The position numbers and the translations under genes were made by a program. Source: Candidatus Latescibacterota bacterium (lineage in GTDB: Bacteria; Latescibacterota; UBA2968). From it: a DNA stretch of 64,000 nt. Shown piece by piece: positions 15,037 through 24,258 of this stretch. The first letter of the stretch is position 1. Every line of letters begins with the position of its first letter. The stretch spans positions 5,408,001 to 5,472,000 of the forward strand of contig OZ241986.1 of NCBI GenBank assembly GCA_965204375.1. The letters run 5' to 3'. Under the pieces are notes generated by a model. That model was not told the DNA's origin, did not search any database, and saw only the letters and a program-made list of their open reading frames with translations.

Positions 15037-15633
15037 ATGATTGCGTTTTTAGAAGGGCGATTGGTGGAAAAACACCCGACCCATGTTATTGTCGATGTTC
15101 AGGGTGTGGGATATCACGTCAATATTTCACTGTCGAGCTATGAATCGCTTGCGGTTGAGGATGGGCGCGTCAATATTCTCACGCATCTCCATGTGAGGGA
15201 AGACGCGATGACGCTTTATGGGTTTGCCTCAGTGTCCGAGCGCGATTTGTTTGAGCGCCTGATCGCGGTTTCGGGTATTGGGCCGCCGATGGCATTGAAA
15301 ATTTTGTCCGGTATTCCCATTGCCGATTTCAGGCGGTTGGTTGCCGCAGAAGATTCCCGGGGGTTGACGCGCATCAAAGGCATTGGTCAAAAGCTCGCGC
15401 AGCGTCTGGTGCTGGAAATGAAGGACAAGATTGGCGATATTGCGCCAGAAGATTTTACTTCCGATGCGGTGGGGGATGCAGATCCCGATGTATTAGACGA
15501 AGCTGCTGCTGCTCTATCGGGTTTGGGCGCGAATCCGGTGCAGGCGCGCAAAGTTGTTGCAACGGTCTTGCAGGAGATGGGCGACGACGCGCCGATTGAA
15601 GAGGTTATTAAGCGCGCATTGAGGAGTATTTAG
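15037..15633 (+). CDS. ruvA: Holliday junction branch migration protein RuvA
   Basis: MIAFLEG, VQGVGY, VREDA..LYGF, VSGIGP, IKGIG.K.AQR. Confidence 0.96.
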   Translation: MIAFLEGRLVEKHPTHVIVDVQGVGYHVNISLSSYESLAVEDGRVNILTHLHVREDAMTLYGFASVSERDLFERLIAVSGIGPPMALKILSGIPIADFRRLVAAEDSRGLTRIKGIGQKLAQRLVLEMKDKIGDIAPEDFTSDAVGDADPDVLDEAAAALSGLGANPVQARKVVATVLQEMGDDAPIEEVIKRALRSI

Positions 15634-15662
15634 GTAGGGACAGGTTTGAAACCTGTCCTTAC
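15634..15662. repeat. GTAG-type REP variant
   Basis: GTAGGGACAGGTTTGAAACCTGTCCTTAC hairpin directly after the ruvA stop. Confidence 0.7.
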
Positions 15663-15701
15663 AAATCTGATGGCTGATAGCTTATTTTTCAAGGCTATTT
15701 T

Positions 15702-16727
15702 ATGGATGAACGATTTACCGATCCCGAGTTTCAGGATGGCGACGATTTTGAGCGCGATCAACGGATTCGCCCGATTCGATTTGACGATATGGTCGGGCAA
15801 GAGAAGGCGAAGACGAATTTGCGTATTGTTGTAGAGGCAGCGCGTCATCGCAATGAGGCTATGGATCACATTTTGTTGCACGGGCCTCCCGGCCTGGGCA
15901 AGACCACTCTGGCTTATGTGATCGCGCACGAGCTTGGGGTTGAAATTCATGTGACATCGGGACCGGTGCTGGAGCGTCCGGCTGATCTGGCGGGGATTTT
16001 GACGAATTTGAACGAGCGCGATGTGCTGTTTATCGATGAGATCCATCGCATGAATCGGGTGGTAGAAGAACATTTGTATTCGGCGATGGAGGATTTTACG
16101 CTGGATATTATGATCGATAGCGGGCCGAGTGCCAGGTCGTATCAAATTCCGCTTGAACCCTTTACTATGGTGGGCGCAACAACGCGAATGGGACTGCTCA
16201 CAGCGCCGATGCGATCGCGCTTTGGGTTGATGGAGCGGCTGGATTTTTACGCTCCGGAAGAGTTGCAGGCCATTGTTATAAGGGCGGCGCGTATTTTGGG
16301 TATTGAGATTGAAGAGGATGCCGCGCGCGTGATTGCCCACAGGTCGCGGGGAACAGCGCGCATTGCCGGACGTCAGTTGTCGAGGTCTCGCGATTATGCA
16401 CAGGTGCGCGCCGATGGGGTGATTACAGAAGAAGTTGCGGTTAAGGCGCTGGCATTGTTGGGGGTGGATGTAAAGGGATTGGATGAAATGGATCGGCGAT
16501 TGTTGGAAACGCTGATCGATAAATTCGAAGGGGGTCCCGTTGGCTTGAATAATCTGGGTGCTGCGCTGAGTGAAGAGACAGGTACGCTGGAGGAAGTGTA
16601 TGAACCCTATCTGATTCAGGAGGGGTTCCTGGTGCGCACGCCTCGGGGGCGTCAGGCAACGGCGCGGGCGTATTTGCATTTGGGGAAGACGCCGCCCGAA
16701 GATGGGTCACAAAGTAAGTTGTTTTGA
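15702..16727 (+). CDS. ruvB: Holliday junction helicase RuvB
   Basis: [35 protein letters not shown]. Confidence 0.97.
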   Translation: MDERFTDPEFQDGDDFERDQRIRPIRFDDMVGQEKAKTNLRIVVEAARHRNEAMDHILLHGPPGLGKTTLAYVIAHELGVEIHVTSGPVLERPADLAGILTNLNERDVLFIDEIHRMNRVVEEHLYSAMEDFTLDIMIDSGPSARSYQIPLEPFTMVGATTRMGLLTAPMRSRFGLMERLDFYAPEELQAIVIRAARILGIEIEEDAARVIAHRSRGTARIAGRQLSRSRDYAQVRADGVITEEVAVKALALLGVDVKGLDEMDRRLLETLIDKFEGGPVGLNNLGAALSEETGTLEEVYEPYLIQEGFLVRTPRGRQATARAYLHLGKTPPEDGSQSKLF

Positions 16728-16738
16728 GGTTTGACATT

Positions 16739-16792
16739 GTAGGGGCGAAAAATTTTTCGCCCGATGTTGTAGGGGCGAGGCATGCCTCGCCC
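16739..16792. repeat. tandem pair of GTAG-type REPs
   Basis: GTAGGGGCGAAAAATTTTTCGCCC and GTAGGGGCGAGGCATGCCTCGCCC, starts 30 bp apart. Confidence 0.85.
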
Positions 16793-16817
16793 GTTTGATC
16801 GACAGAGGTATTGCAAG

Positions 16818-17522
16818 TTGACAAAATTTTTGGGTATTGAGACTTCAACACCGGTGTGCAGTGTGGCTTTGGCCTGCGATGCCCGCGTGGTTGTGGAATA
16901 CACTTTGGAATTGGGCTCACATCATTCGGAACGGTTGCAGCCGATGGTTGAGATGGTGTTGCGGGAGGCGGGTTTAAGTGTTGGCGATCTGGATGGCGTG
17001 GCTGTGGCTGCTGGTCCCGGTTCGTTTACGGGATTGCGTATCGGTATGGGCCTGGCAAAGGGGCTGTGCCGCGGTGCGAATCTTGTGTTTGTGCGCGTGT
17101 CAACCCTTGCGGGCATGGCTTTTGGGGCGGGGGTAGAGGGGATGCCGGTTTGTCCGATGCTGGACGCCCGGCGCGGCGATGTGTATGCGGGGGTATATGA
17201 TCTCGTTGCGGGAGGTCCGATTTCGAGAATGCCCGATCGCGCAGATGCGGTTTCCAATTGGGTCACGCGTCTGCCGCGTCCCGTGACTGTAGTGGGAGAT
17301 GGTGCCCAGGCTTATCGCGATGTGATTGTCGATGTGTTGGGACGAGGTGCGTATTTTGCAAATGCAACTCTGGGTCGCCCCACTGCTGGGGCTGTTGCGC
17401 TGCTGGGGCAGGCGCGTTGCGAACGGGGAGAGGTGGATGATGCGGAGACGGCAGAGCCTTTTTATTTGCGGCGAACACAAGCAGAGCGCGTGCGAGAAGC
17501 GCGGTTGAGTGGTGATGGATAA
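16818..17522 (+). CDS. tsaB: tRNA threonylcarbamoyladenosine biosynthesis protein TsaB
   Basis: LGIETST, HSERL, GPGSFTGLRIG, LDARRGDVY, P.YLR; TTG start chosen after GAGG. Confidence 0.92.
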   Translation: MTKFLGIETSTPVCSVALACDARVVVEYTLELGSHHSERLQPMVEMVLREAGLSVGDLDGVAVAAGPGSFTGLRIGMGLAKGLCRGANLVFVRVSTLAGMAFGAGVEGMPVCPMLDARRGDVYAGVYDLVAGGPISRMPDRADAVSNWVTRLPRPVTVVGDGAQAYRDVIVDVLGRGAYFANATLGRPTAGAVALLGQARCERGEVDDAETAEPFYLRRTQAERVREARLSGDG

Positions 17523-18006
17523 TTCGATGATACCCGTGTTGGTGGAGATGATCCCTGCGCATCTCGACCGGGTTATAAAAATTGAAAAGGCTGTTTTTCC
17601 CGCTCCCTGGAAACGCCGTGATTTTGAGTTTGCGCGGAATCGCGAAAATGGTTTTTGCCGGGTGGTTATGGTCGAGTGCGAGATTGCGGGCTATGTCGTG
17701 GGTTTTTTGATTGGTCGGGAATTTCATCTGGTGAATTTGGCTATTGCGCCTGATTTTCAAAGAAAGGGGCTGGGCAGAAAAACGCTGAAAGCTGTATTTG
17801 ATCTGTTGGAGAAAATGGCGCAGGTGGTGTCTTTGGAGGTGCGTATGTCCAATTGTGCTGCGATTGATCTCTATAAGAAGATGGGGTTTGAGACTATAGC
17901 GATCAGAAAAGCGTATTATACACACCCCCGCGAAGATGCACTCGTGATGTTAAAACCGCTCAATACCCGATTGTCCGATTGGGTGTCGCAGGTGTTAGAA
18001 GTTTAG
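17509..18006 (+). CDS. rimI: ribosomal protein S18 alanine N-acetyltransferase
   Basis: IE...F..PW, FQRKGLG, LEVRMSN..AI.LY...GF, RKAYY..P.EDA; follows tsaB. Confidence 0.9.
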   Translation: MVMDNSMIPVLVEMIPAHLDRVIKIEKAVFPAPWKRRDFEFARNRENGFCRVVMVECEIAGYVVGFLIGREFHLVNLAIAPDFQRKGLGRKTLKAVFDLLEKMAQVVSLEVRMSNCAAIDLYKKMGFETIAIRKAYYTHPREDALVMLKPLNTRLSDWVSQVLEV

Positions 18007-19958
18007 TCTCCCCAATACAGATTGTGCCCTTGTCCGGGGAACCAGATGAGATCGACGCTCATGCTCACAATGAGCGATAGGGTGTATCCCACAATCATGC
18101 CGATGAAAAAGGGTTTTGCCCTGCGATACAGCGCGATTCCTCCCAGGCGGAAGATGATAAATTTAATCAGCCAGGTCAGAAATACGGATAAGATGGCGGT
18201 GCGCGCCGAATAAAAGGTTACGACTGTAAAACCGATGGGATGGAGAGGCCACCAGGTGAATCGGTATTGGCACAGGGTCAATATGCCCATTGTCAGCGCG
18301 CCAAATACCGTAAATGCCATCCGAAGACCGTAGTGGGTCTCTTTGCCAATGTCGCGGATGGATGATACTATGCCGTCGTAGTAACGGGGCGCGGCAACCC
18401 GAAACATGTACGAGCCAAAATTAAATGCGCCGTCGGTATAGCCCAGATAAATTGTCGATGCGGCGGCGGCGATGAGCGAAAACACAAATGCAAATGCGAT
18501 GGTTAAGCCCAGTACGCGCGCTCGATTGCCCAGGCCGATGCTCAACCGCGCGGCATGGGCGGCAGCAGGCATGGTAAAGCTTTTGCCGTTTTGATACATG
18601 CTGCCCACTTGTTGCCGCATGGCAATTGTATTTGATGATAGTGAATCGGGTGGTGCGAATCCCATTATGCCCGTGCCCAGGCTGCTGGGTGATTCCAGAA
18701 ATACGAGTCCGGTCATTGCTACAATTTTGGCAAATCCGGTGTAAAAAACAAACCAGAACACTGTGACCAATATGGCCCAAAACGGTGTCATCCCTCCTTT
18801 GAATAACCAGAACATGGCAAATAGAGCACAGGCGAGAAACACGATGGTTGCAGTGCGGTAGGACATCAATTCGCTCTGGTCGTCCATATTTTTCGTCTGG
18901 AGAAATGCCTGTTGAAAGACCGCTTTGATGTGGGTTCTCGCAATCCACAATCCCCATAGACAAAAGACGATGAACCCGCCCAGTGCTTGCTGTCGCGTGC
19001 CAGCAAACTCACCCAGGCCCTCTGCCAGGCCCAGGCGATTGGTCATCCCTATTTGCAGCCAGGTGAGTATCCAGAATACCCAGATCGAAAATAAGACCTG
19101 TAAGTCGGTGAAATACGCAAACCCGATAATTAAAAAGTTGAGCCGTCCGTGCAGGAAGGGCACGTACCGTCCCAATGAGATTGTGTAATTTTGGATCCCC
19201 ACGGTGATCACGGGGAAGCTGGGGTCGAAGTAGCCGATGATGTACCAGAGGACGATAACTGCGGGAATGGAGAAGCCAGCCCAGAATAGCGGCTGTTTCA
19301 TGTATTCGGGAAATCCCTTTGGTCCCGCTGTTTCGGCGAGTTCTTCGGCGACTTGTGCAAATGGAAATGGCAATCGCTCTTGTTCGACCCATTGCCGGCG
19401 CAAAATTGTCGCCAGTGCGACTGATCCCAGACCGAGTGCGGCGATAAAGCTCAGCCACCAGAATGTAGGGCGTATCCAGATTGCCCAGGGGATCGTTGCG
19501 TTGCGAGGCAGGCCCTCGTAAAACCAGGCCAATTGATCTTTGGCATCTTCGACGACGAGATAGGGTTGCACGAGGCCAAAGACGTATTCTTCCCAGAGGT
19601 TTTCCGGCGTTGCCATGTAGTGCATTACGGCATAGGTTGCCAATACGCGCCCGAGCAGTTCATTGATGGACATGCTCACGTAGCCAACGGCGAAAATGAA
19701 GATCAATTCCCAGGGTTGTAATGCATATCCCAGAGCGCGCAGCGCGGGATTTACGATAAAGATCAGTACCAAAAATGGCATTAAAATACCCATCGGTATC
19801 ATGCCTTCGACCAGTGATATGGTGTGCATGTAGTGATGGGTATAGGGTATGATTGCGTTGATTGATACGGTGATCAATACGGCCAATGCAATTGCCCACC
19901 AGGGCGATCGCTGTGTCAGAGGTTGGGGTTCCTGTATGTCGGTTGTTTGAACTGACAC
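18003..19958 (-). CDS. polytopic membrane protein, DUF6785/DUF6784-like putative transporter
   Basis: Many TM helices, 'RRQW..ERL.FP' and 'WWPLHPIG' motifs; GTG start at 19958 after AAGGAG. Confidence 0.72.
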   Translation of the reverse strand: MSVQTTDIQEPQPLTQRSPWWAIALAVLITVSINAIIPYTHHYMHTISLVEGMIPMGILMPFLVLIFIVNPALRALGYALQPWELIFIFAVGYVSMSINELLGRVLATYAVMHYMATPENLWEEYVFGLVQPYLVVEDAKDQLAWFYEGLPRNATIPWAIWIRPTFWWLSFIAALGLGSVALATILRRQWVEQERLPFPFAQVAEELAETAGPKGFPEYMKQPLFWAGFSIPAVIVLWYIIGYFDPSFPVITVGIQNYTISLGRYVPFLHGRLNFLIIGFAYFTDLQVLFSIWVFWILTWLQIGMTNRLGLAEGLGEFAGTRQQALGGFIVFCLWGLWIARTHIKAVFQQAFLQTKNMDDQSELMSYRTATIVFLACALFAMFWLFKGGMTPFWAILVTVFWFVFYTGFAKIVAMTGLVFLESPSSLGTGIMGFAPPDSLSSNTIAMRQQVGSMYQNGKSFTMPAAAHAARLSIGLGNRARVLGLTIAFAFVFSLIAAAASTIYLGYTDGAFNFGSYMFRVAAPRYYDGIVSSIRDIGKETHYGLRMAFTVFGALTMGILTLCQYRFTWWPLHPIGFTVVTFYSARTAILSVFLTWLIKFIIFRLGGIALYRRAKPFFIGMIVGYTLSLIVSMSVDLIWFPGQGHNLYWGD

Positions 19959-19962
19959 AAAG

Positions 19963-21009
19963 TCAGGCTCCTTCTCCCGGAAATCCCTCTTTGCGAATGC
20001 GTTCGCCCACTGCGAGCAGTACTGGTACATCTTTTTCATCGAGTGAGCCATCGGGCAGGGGTCCGGTGTTTAACAATAAATTGCAACCGCTTTCTCGCGC
20101 TGCTGTCAGTGCCTGCCAAACTTCATCTTCATTTTTGTGGTGGCCCCCTTCGGCGAGGTAGCCCCAGGATACGCCTTTTCCACCTGGTCCAGAACACATT
20201 GTCGTGCAGATTTCCATGGGTTTGTCGGTCTGTGTTACAGCTTGATGTTCGGGTGCCTGAAAGTCTTCGGTGCCCAGCAAGCCCTGTTTGTAGGAGACCA
20301 GCACTTGTGGTTGCATGCTGTGGATGTAGTCGTAGAGTTCCTGGCACTTAAATTTCTCTTTGTCGCCGTTGTTGAGAACGCCAATTCCATCCAGCCAGAT
20401 TGCGGCTACGGGTCCGTAATTTGTGAGTAGTTCTGTAATTTGCGCCTGCATGAAGTCGAGATAGATTTGCAGGTTGTGCGCGGAGCCAGTGGCATAGCTC
20501 GGTTCGGGCGGGTCGTATTTGGGTCTTGCCTGTCCGCCCCATTCGTCGTTGTTGGGGGCATGTGGATGTTTCCAATCCCGTCCGTGGGAGTAGTACAAAC
20601 ACAGTCCGAGTGCGTGTCGATCACAGGCTTCGGCCAGTTCTTTGATCAAGTCGCGGCCCACCGGGGCATTGGTGCTGCTAAAGTCCGTTTCCGCTGTGTC
20701 GAATAAGCAGAATGAGTCGTGATGCCGCGTGGTGATGTTGATGTATTTCATTTCGCAGTCAACGGCAAATTGCGCGATGCGCTCGGCATCGAAGTTTTCA
20801 GCGGTGAAGTCGTCCGTGAGTTTTGCGTATTCGGCTACGGGTATGAGTTCTCGCAGTTGCACCCATTCGTGCCGTCCTATTAGAGAGTAGAGTCCGTAGT
20901 GTAAGAACAGGCCGTAACGCGCCTCGCGGAACCACTGTAGTGCGGCAGCACGCGGATCATCGGCGTAAAGGTCGGCGTAATTTTTCAAATAATTGGGGAT
21001 ATTGCTCAT
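19963..21009 (-). CDS. alpha-L-fucosidase (GH29)
   Basis: WF..ARYGLFLHYG, TRHHDSFCLFD, LYYS..DW, IWLDG nucleophile, NLLLN.GP. Confidence 0.88.
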   Translation of the reverse strand: MSNIPNYLKNYADLYADDPRAAALQWFREARYGLFLHYGLYSLIGRHEWVQLRELIPVAEYAKLTDDFTAENFDAERIAQFAVDCEMKYINITTRHHDSFCLFDTAETDFSSTNAPVGRDLIKELAEACDRHALGLCLYYSHGRDWKHPHAPNNDEWGGQARPKYDPPEPSYATGSAHNLQIYLDFMQAQITELLTNYGPVAAIWLDGIGVLNNGDKEKFKCQELYDYIHSMQPQVLVSYKQGLLGTEDFQAPEHQAVTQTDKPMEICTTMCSGPGGKGVSWGYLAEGGHHKNEDEVWQALTAARESGCNLLLNTGPLPDGSLDEKDVPVLLAVGERIRKEGFPGEGA

Positions 21010-21037
21010 GGGAATCTCCGGTTGTAAGTGGGGTCAA

Positions 21038-21976
21038 CTATGCTTGTAAGAACTCCGGTACGCTGAAGTACCGCTCGCCCGAGTCGCAGATTATGGTTGC
21101 GACCCGCTTGTCAGGGCCGAGGTCGCGGGCGACTTGCAGGGCAGCGAATACATTTGCTCCGGCTGATATGCCGGCCAAAATGCCTTCTTCGCGACCGAGT
21201 TTGCGAGCTGTTTTGATGGCGTCTTCATCGCGCACGCATATTAGTGCGTCGAAAATATCGCGGTTGAGTACGGAGGGAACGAAGCCTGCACCGATGCCCT
21301 GGATGCCGTGTAGTCCTGGTTCTCCGCCCGATAGGACCGGGGATTTGGTGGGTTCGACGGCGACTACGAGTATGTGTTCTAATTCGGCTTTTAAGACTTC
21401 GCCCACGCCTGTGATGGTTCCTCCCGTGCCTATGCCTGCGACAAAGGCGTCGAGGCGGCCGTCAACGGCTTCTAATATTTCTCGGGCTGTGGTTTGTCGG
21501 TGTATTTCCGGGTTGGCAGGGTTGTTAAATTGCTGTGGCATAAAGGTCGTTTCGGGTGATTTATTTACGATTCGTTCGGCTTCTGCGACAGCGCCGGGCA
21601 TGTCGAGGTCGCCCGGGGTTAATATCAATTCGGCACCGTAACTTTCGAGCAGGTCGCGTCGTTCCCGGCTCATTGAATCGGGCATGGTTAGTATCAGGTG
21701 ATAACCGCGTGCTGTGGCAACCATTGCGAGACCGATGCCCGTGTTGCCACTGGTCGGTTCGACGAGGGTCATGCCCGGCTTTAAGTGGCCGTCGCGTTCT
21801 GCGGCTTCGATCATTGATAGGGCTATGCGGTCTTTTACCGTGCGGGCCGGATTTAAGGATTCCATTTTGACGACGATTTCGGCCATGTCGGATGTCGCCA
21901 GGCTGTTTAAGCGTATCAGGGGCGTGCCGCCGATCAGTTGCATGAAGTCATCGACAACGATGTTGTTTTCAGGCAT
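21038..21976 (-). CDS. cysK: cysteine synthase A
   Basis: IGGTPL, VKDRIA, EPTSGNTGIGLA, GTGGT, IQGIGAG, DSGERY. Confidence 0.93.
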   Translation of the reverse strand: MPENNIVVDDFMQLIGGTPLIRLNSLATSDMAEIVVKMESLNPARTVKDRIALSMIEAAERDGHLKPGMTLVEPTSGNTGIGLAMVATARGYHLILTMPDSMSRERRDLLESYGAELILTPGDLDMPGAVAEAERIVNKSPETTFMPQQFNNPANPEIHRQTTAREILEAVDGRLDAFVAGIGTGGTITGVGEVLKAELEHILVVAVEPTKSPVLSGGEPGLHGIQGIGAGFVPSVLNRDIFDALICVRDEDAIKTARKLGREEGILAGISAGANVFAALQVARDLGPDKRVATIICDSGERYFSVPEFLQA

Positions 21977-21990
21977 AAGCGTTTCCTTTT

Positions 21991-22503
21991 TTACCATCCT
22001 CCTACTTGTGTTCGATCTACGACGTCTTTGGAGAGCATGCGCAGCGCGTCACCGATGCCTTTTGTGCGGGCAAGGTCGCGTTGGCTTGCCGCGTCGTAGA
22101 TGCCGTAACCGCGCATGCGGTCCAGTTCCCAGAGGGTTTGTTTTTCCCGGGTGTCGTAAAAGGCCATTTTTACATAGACGGAAATTTGATATTGTTCGGC
22201 ACTCGCTTGTCCGCCATAGGTAAAGGGTTCTTCTTTGATTTCCAGTACAGTGCCCTGCAATACGGCATCTGCCTGGTCTTCTTCGACTACGCGCAGGGCA
22301 CCATCAGAGACAAATCCCTGAATTAAGCTGTCTGTCAATGCCTGGTGAATACCGGCTTCGAGGCTTTCGTTGTCGAGCAGAGGTACAGCAACGGAGCGGA
22401 TGCCACCACTGCCCGTGGCTGATGTGGAGTAATAAGCACAGCTTAACGGCAGATACATGATGAGCAGTAAGCAGCAAGCCGACCACTTTTGGGATGTGCT
22501 CAA
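21991..22503 (-). CDS. LptE-family lipoprotein
   Basis: Lipobox LSC-AY, 'IRSVAVP..N.S', 'ADAVL.G.V' pattern. Confidence 0.7.
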   Translation of the reverse strand: MSTSQKWSACCLLLIMYLPLSCAYYSTSATGSGGIRSVAVPLLDNESLEAGIHQALTDSLIQGFVSDGALRVVEEDQADAVLQGTVLEIKEEPFTYGGQASAEQYQISVYVKMAFYDTREKQTLWELDRMRGYGIYDAASQRDLARTKGIGDALRMLSKDVVDRTQVGGW

Positions 22504-22868
22504 TTTTTTTTCTCCTCTTCGTCCTCTGTGCTATTATCTGGTGCCTGATCTTCTGCCTGATCCTCCGCTTGCTCTTCTGGCGCTTCGTCCTTTTTGAGTT
22601 CATCTACATAATTCATTCGCAGTTCAAATAAGACGTGTTCCATTAATCTTTGCTCGTTGTCGTTTAAGTTGCCTTTTGTTTTTTCGTCTAACATGCCGAG
22701 GATGTCAATCATGTTTTTGGCCTGTTCCAGGTTGCGCTCGATCTGGTTGGTTACCGGGTTCATCACTTTGCCCAGGTTTTGCAATGCCATGCCCTGAAAC
22801 ATCATAACCAGTTGCATGAATAGCAGTTCGTTTTGTTGGTCTTGTGTCGGTATGTTTTGGTCAGCCAT
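22500..22868 (-). CDS. DUF1844 domain protein
   Basis: A...LG...P....NL..AK..ID.L..L.EKTKGNL...E...L...L.ELRM.YV. Confidence 0.85.
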   Translation of the reverse strand: MADQNIPTQDQQNELLFMQLVMMFQGMALQNLGKVMNPVTNQIERNLEQAKNMIDILGMLDEKTKGNLNDNEQRLMEHVLFELRMNYVDELKKDEAPEEQAEDQAEDQAPDNSTEDEEEKKN

Positions 22869-22988
22869 TTTGTGTTCTCCTTCTCGTTTGTCGTTACAGA
22901 TATATTGGGCTTTAATATTTCAAAACTTCTTATGGATGTCAAGGCGATGTTCGCTGTCCTTATGGGGTTGCACAAAATGCTGATTTTT

Positions 22989-23597
22989 TTATTTTAGTGC
23001 TGCTTGCAAATAGGCCGATACGGTTTCCGCGTCGTTATACCCTCGGGTGATGAAGGTGACGGACGCATTGTTTCTTATGACGAGACTTGGAAACTGATTG
23101 GCATTCATCGACCGCCTGATGTTAAATCCATCTTGCATCTGCTGTTCTGTTTCGGGTGAGGATAGATCGCATGCAAATCGCTTTGTGTCTAACCCGATTT
23201 CACCCGCCAATGCGACGAGGACTTCTGTATCTGATGGGTTGCGCGCTTCCCGATAATAGGCGCGTTGAATCGCCTCGAACATCGCTGTTCCAGCCCCTTG
23301 ATTTTGAGCCGCATAAAATGCCCTGCAAGATGGATATGTGCATCGCCGCGGTTTGCATTTTTCCCAAAAGTCCCAGTTAAAATTCGCGCCTGTTATGGCT
23401 GCGACTTCGCGCCATGCACGCTGGATATGCGCCTGCATCGCGTCGGGCATAGGGTCATCGGTGTCGCGCGCCAATCCACCCATGATATATACGGGTGATA
23501 ACTCTTCTGGTAAGGCTTCTTTTACTTTTTCAAGTACCGGCTGAAATCCCCAGCACCACGAACACATGGGGTCGGCGACGTAGTAAAGTGTTTTCAT
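22989..23597 (-). CDS. DsbA family (FrnE-like) oxidoreductase
   Basis: DPMCSWCWGF thioredoxin-fold motif, FPSLV cis-Pro loop. Confidence 0.88.
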   Translation of the reverse strand: MKTLYYVADPMCSWCWGFQPVLEKVKEALPEELSPVYIMGGLARDTDDPMPDAMQAHIQRAWREVAAITGANFNWDFWEKCKPRRCTYPSCRAFYAAQNQGAGTAMFEAIQRAYYREARNPSDTEVLVALAGEIGLDTKRFACDLSSPETEQQMQDGFNIRRSMNANQFPSLVIRNNASVTFITRGYNDAETVSAYLQAALK

Positions 23598-23783
23598 GGT
23601 TTTCTCCTGTTTTGGTTGGTTTATTTTTTAACATAATGGGAATGTAATGTTTTGCCAAGATATCTAATTCTGACCTTTGCACTAAAGCCTTCCAAAAATT
23701 GGTTGCATGGCGTTCTCATGCGCCATATCTTGCGATAGAGTGTAAGTTTATTTTTTCTTCCCCCCTTTTCAAAGGAGGCTTGC

Positions 23784-24248
23784 GTGAAAATTGAAGTCAC
23801 TGTGAACGGGGAGCATCAAAGCTACGACGTGGAATCTCGGATGTTGCTCGTGCATTTTTTGCGCGATGTCGTCGGGCTTACTGGCACGCATGTGGGCTGT
23901 GAGACCAGCCTTTGTGGCGCGTGCAGTGTGATGCTCAATGGAGATGCTGTCAAATCATGTACGGTTTTGGCAGTGCAAGCCGATGGTGCTGAAATTACTA
24001 CCATTGAGGGCCTGGCTCAAAATGGTGAATTGCACCCTATTCAGGAGGGCTTCTGGGAGTGTCACGGATTGCAGTGCGGTTTTTGCACCCCGGGCATGAT
24101 TATTGCCGCGCACCAGCTTTTAGAACGCAATCCCAAACCCAGCGAAGCCGATATTCGTCGCGGTATAGAAGGCAATCTGTGCCGCTGTACAGGGTACCAA
24201 CACATTGTCGATGCGGTTCAATACGCATCGAAAAAAATGACCACATAG
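23784..24248 (+). CDS. coxS: CO dehydrogenase-like small 2Fe-2S subunit
   Basis: GC...[21 protein letters not shown]. Confidence 0.9.
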   Translation: MKIEVTVNGEHQSYDVESRMLLVHFLRDVVGLTGTHVGCETSLCGACSVMLNGDAVKSCTVLAVQADGAEITTIEGLAQNGELHPIQEGFWECHGLQCGFCTPGMIIAAHQLLERNPKPSEADIRRGIEGNLCRCTGYQHIVDAVQYASKKMTT

Positions 24249-24258
24249 GAGGCGCCCC

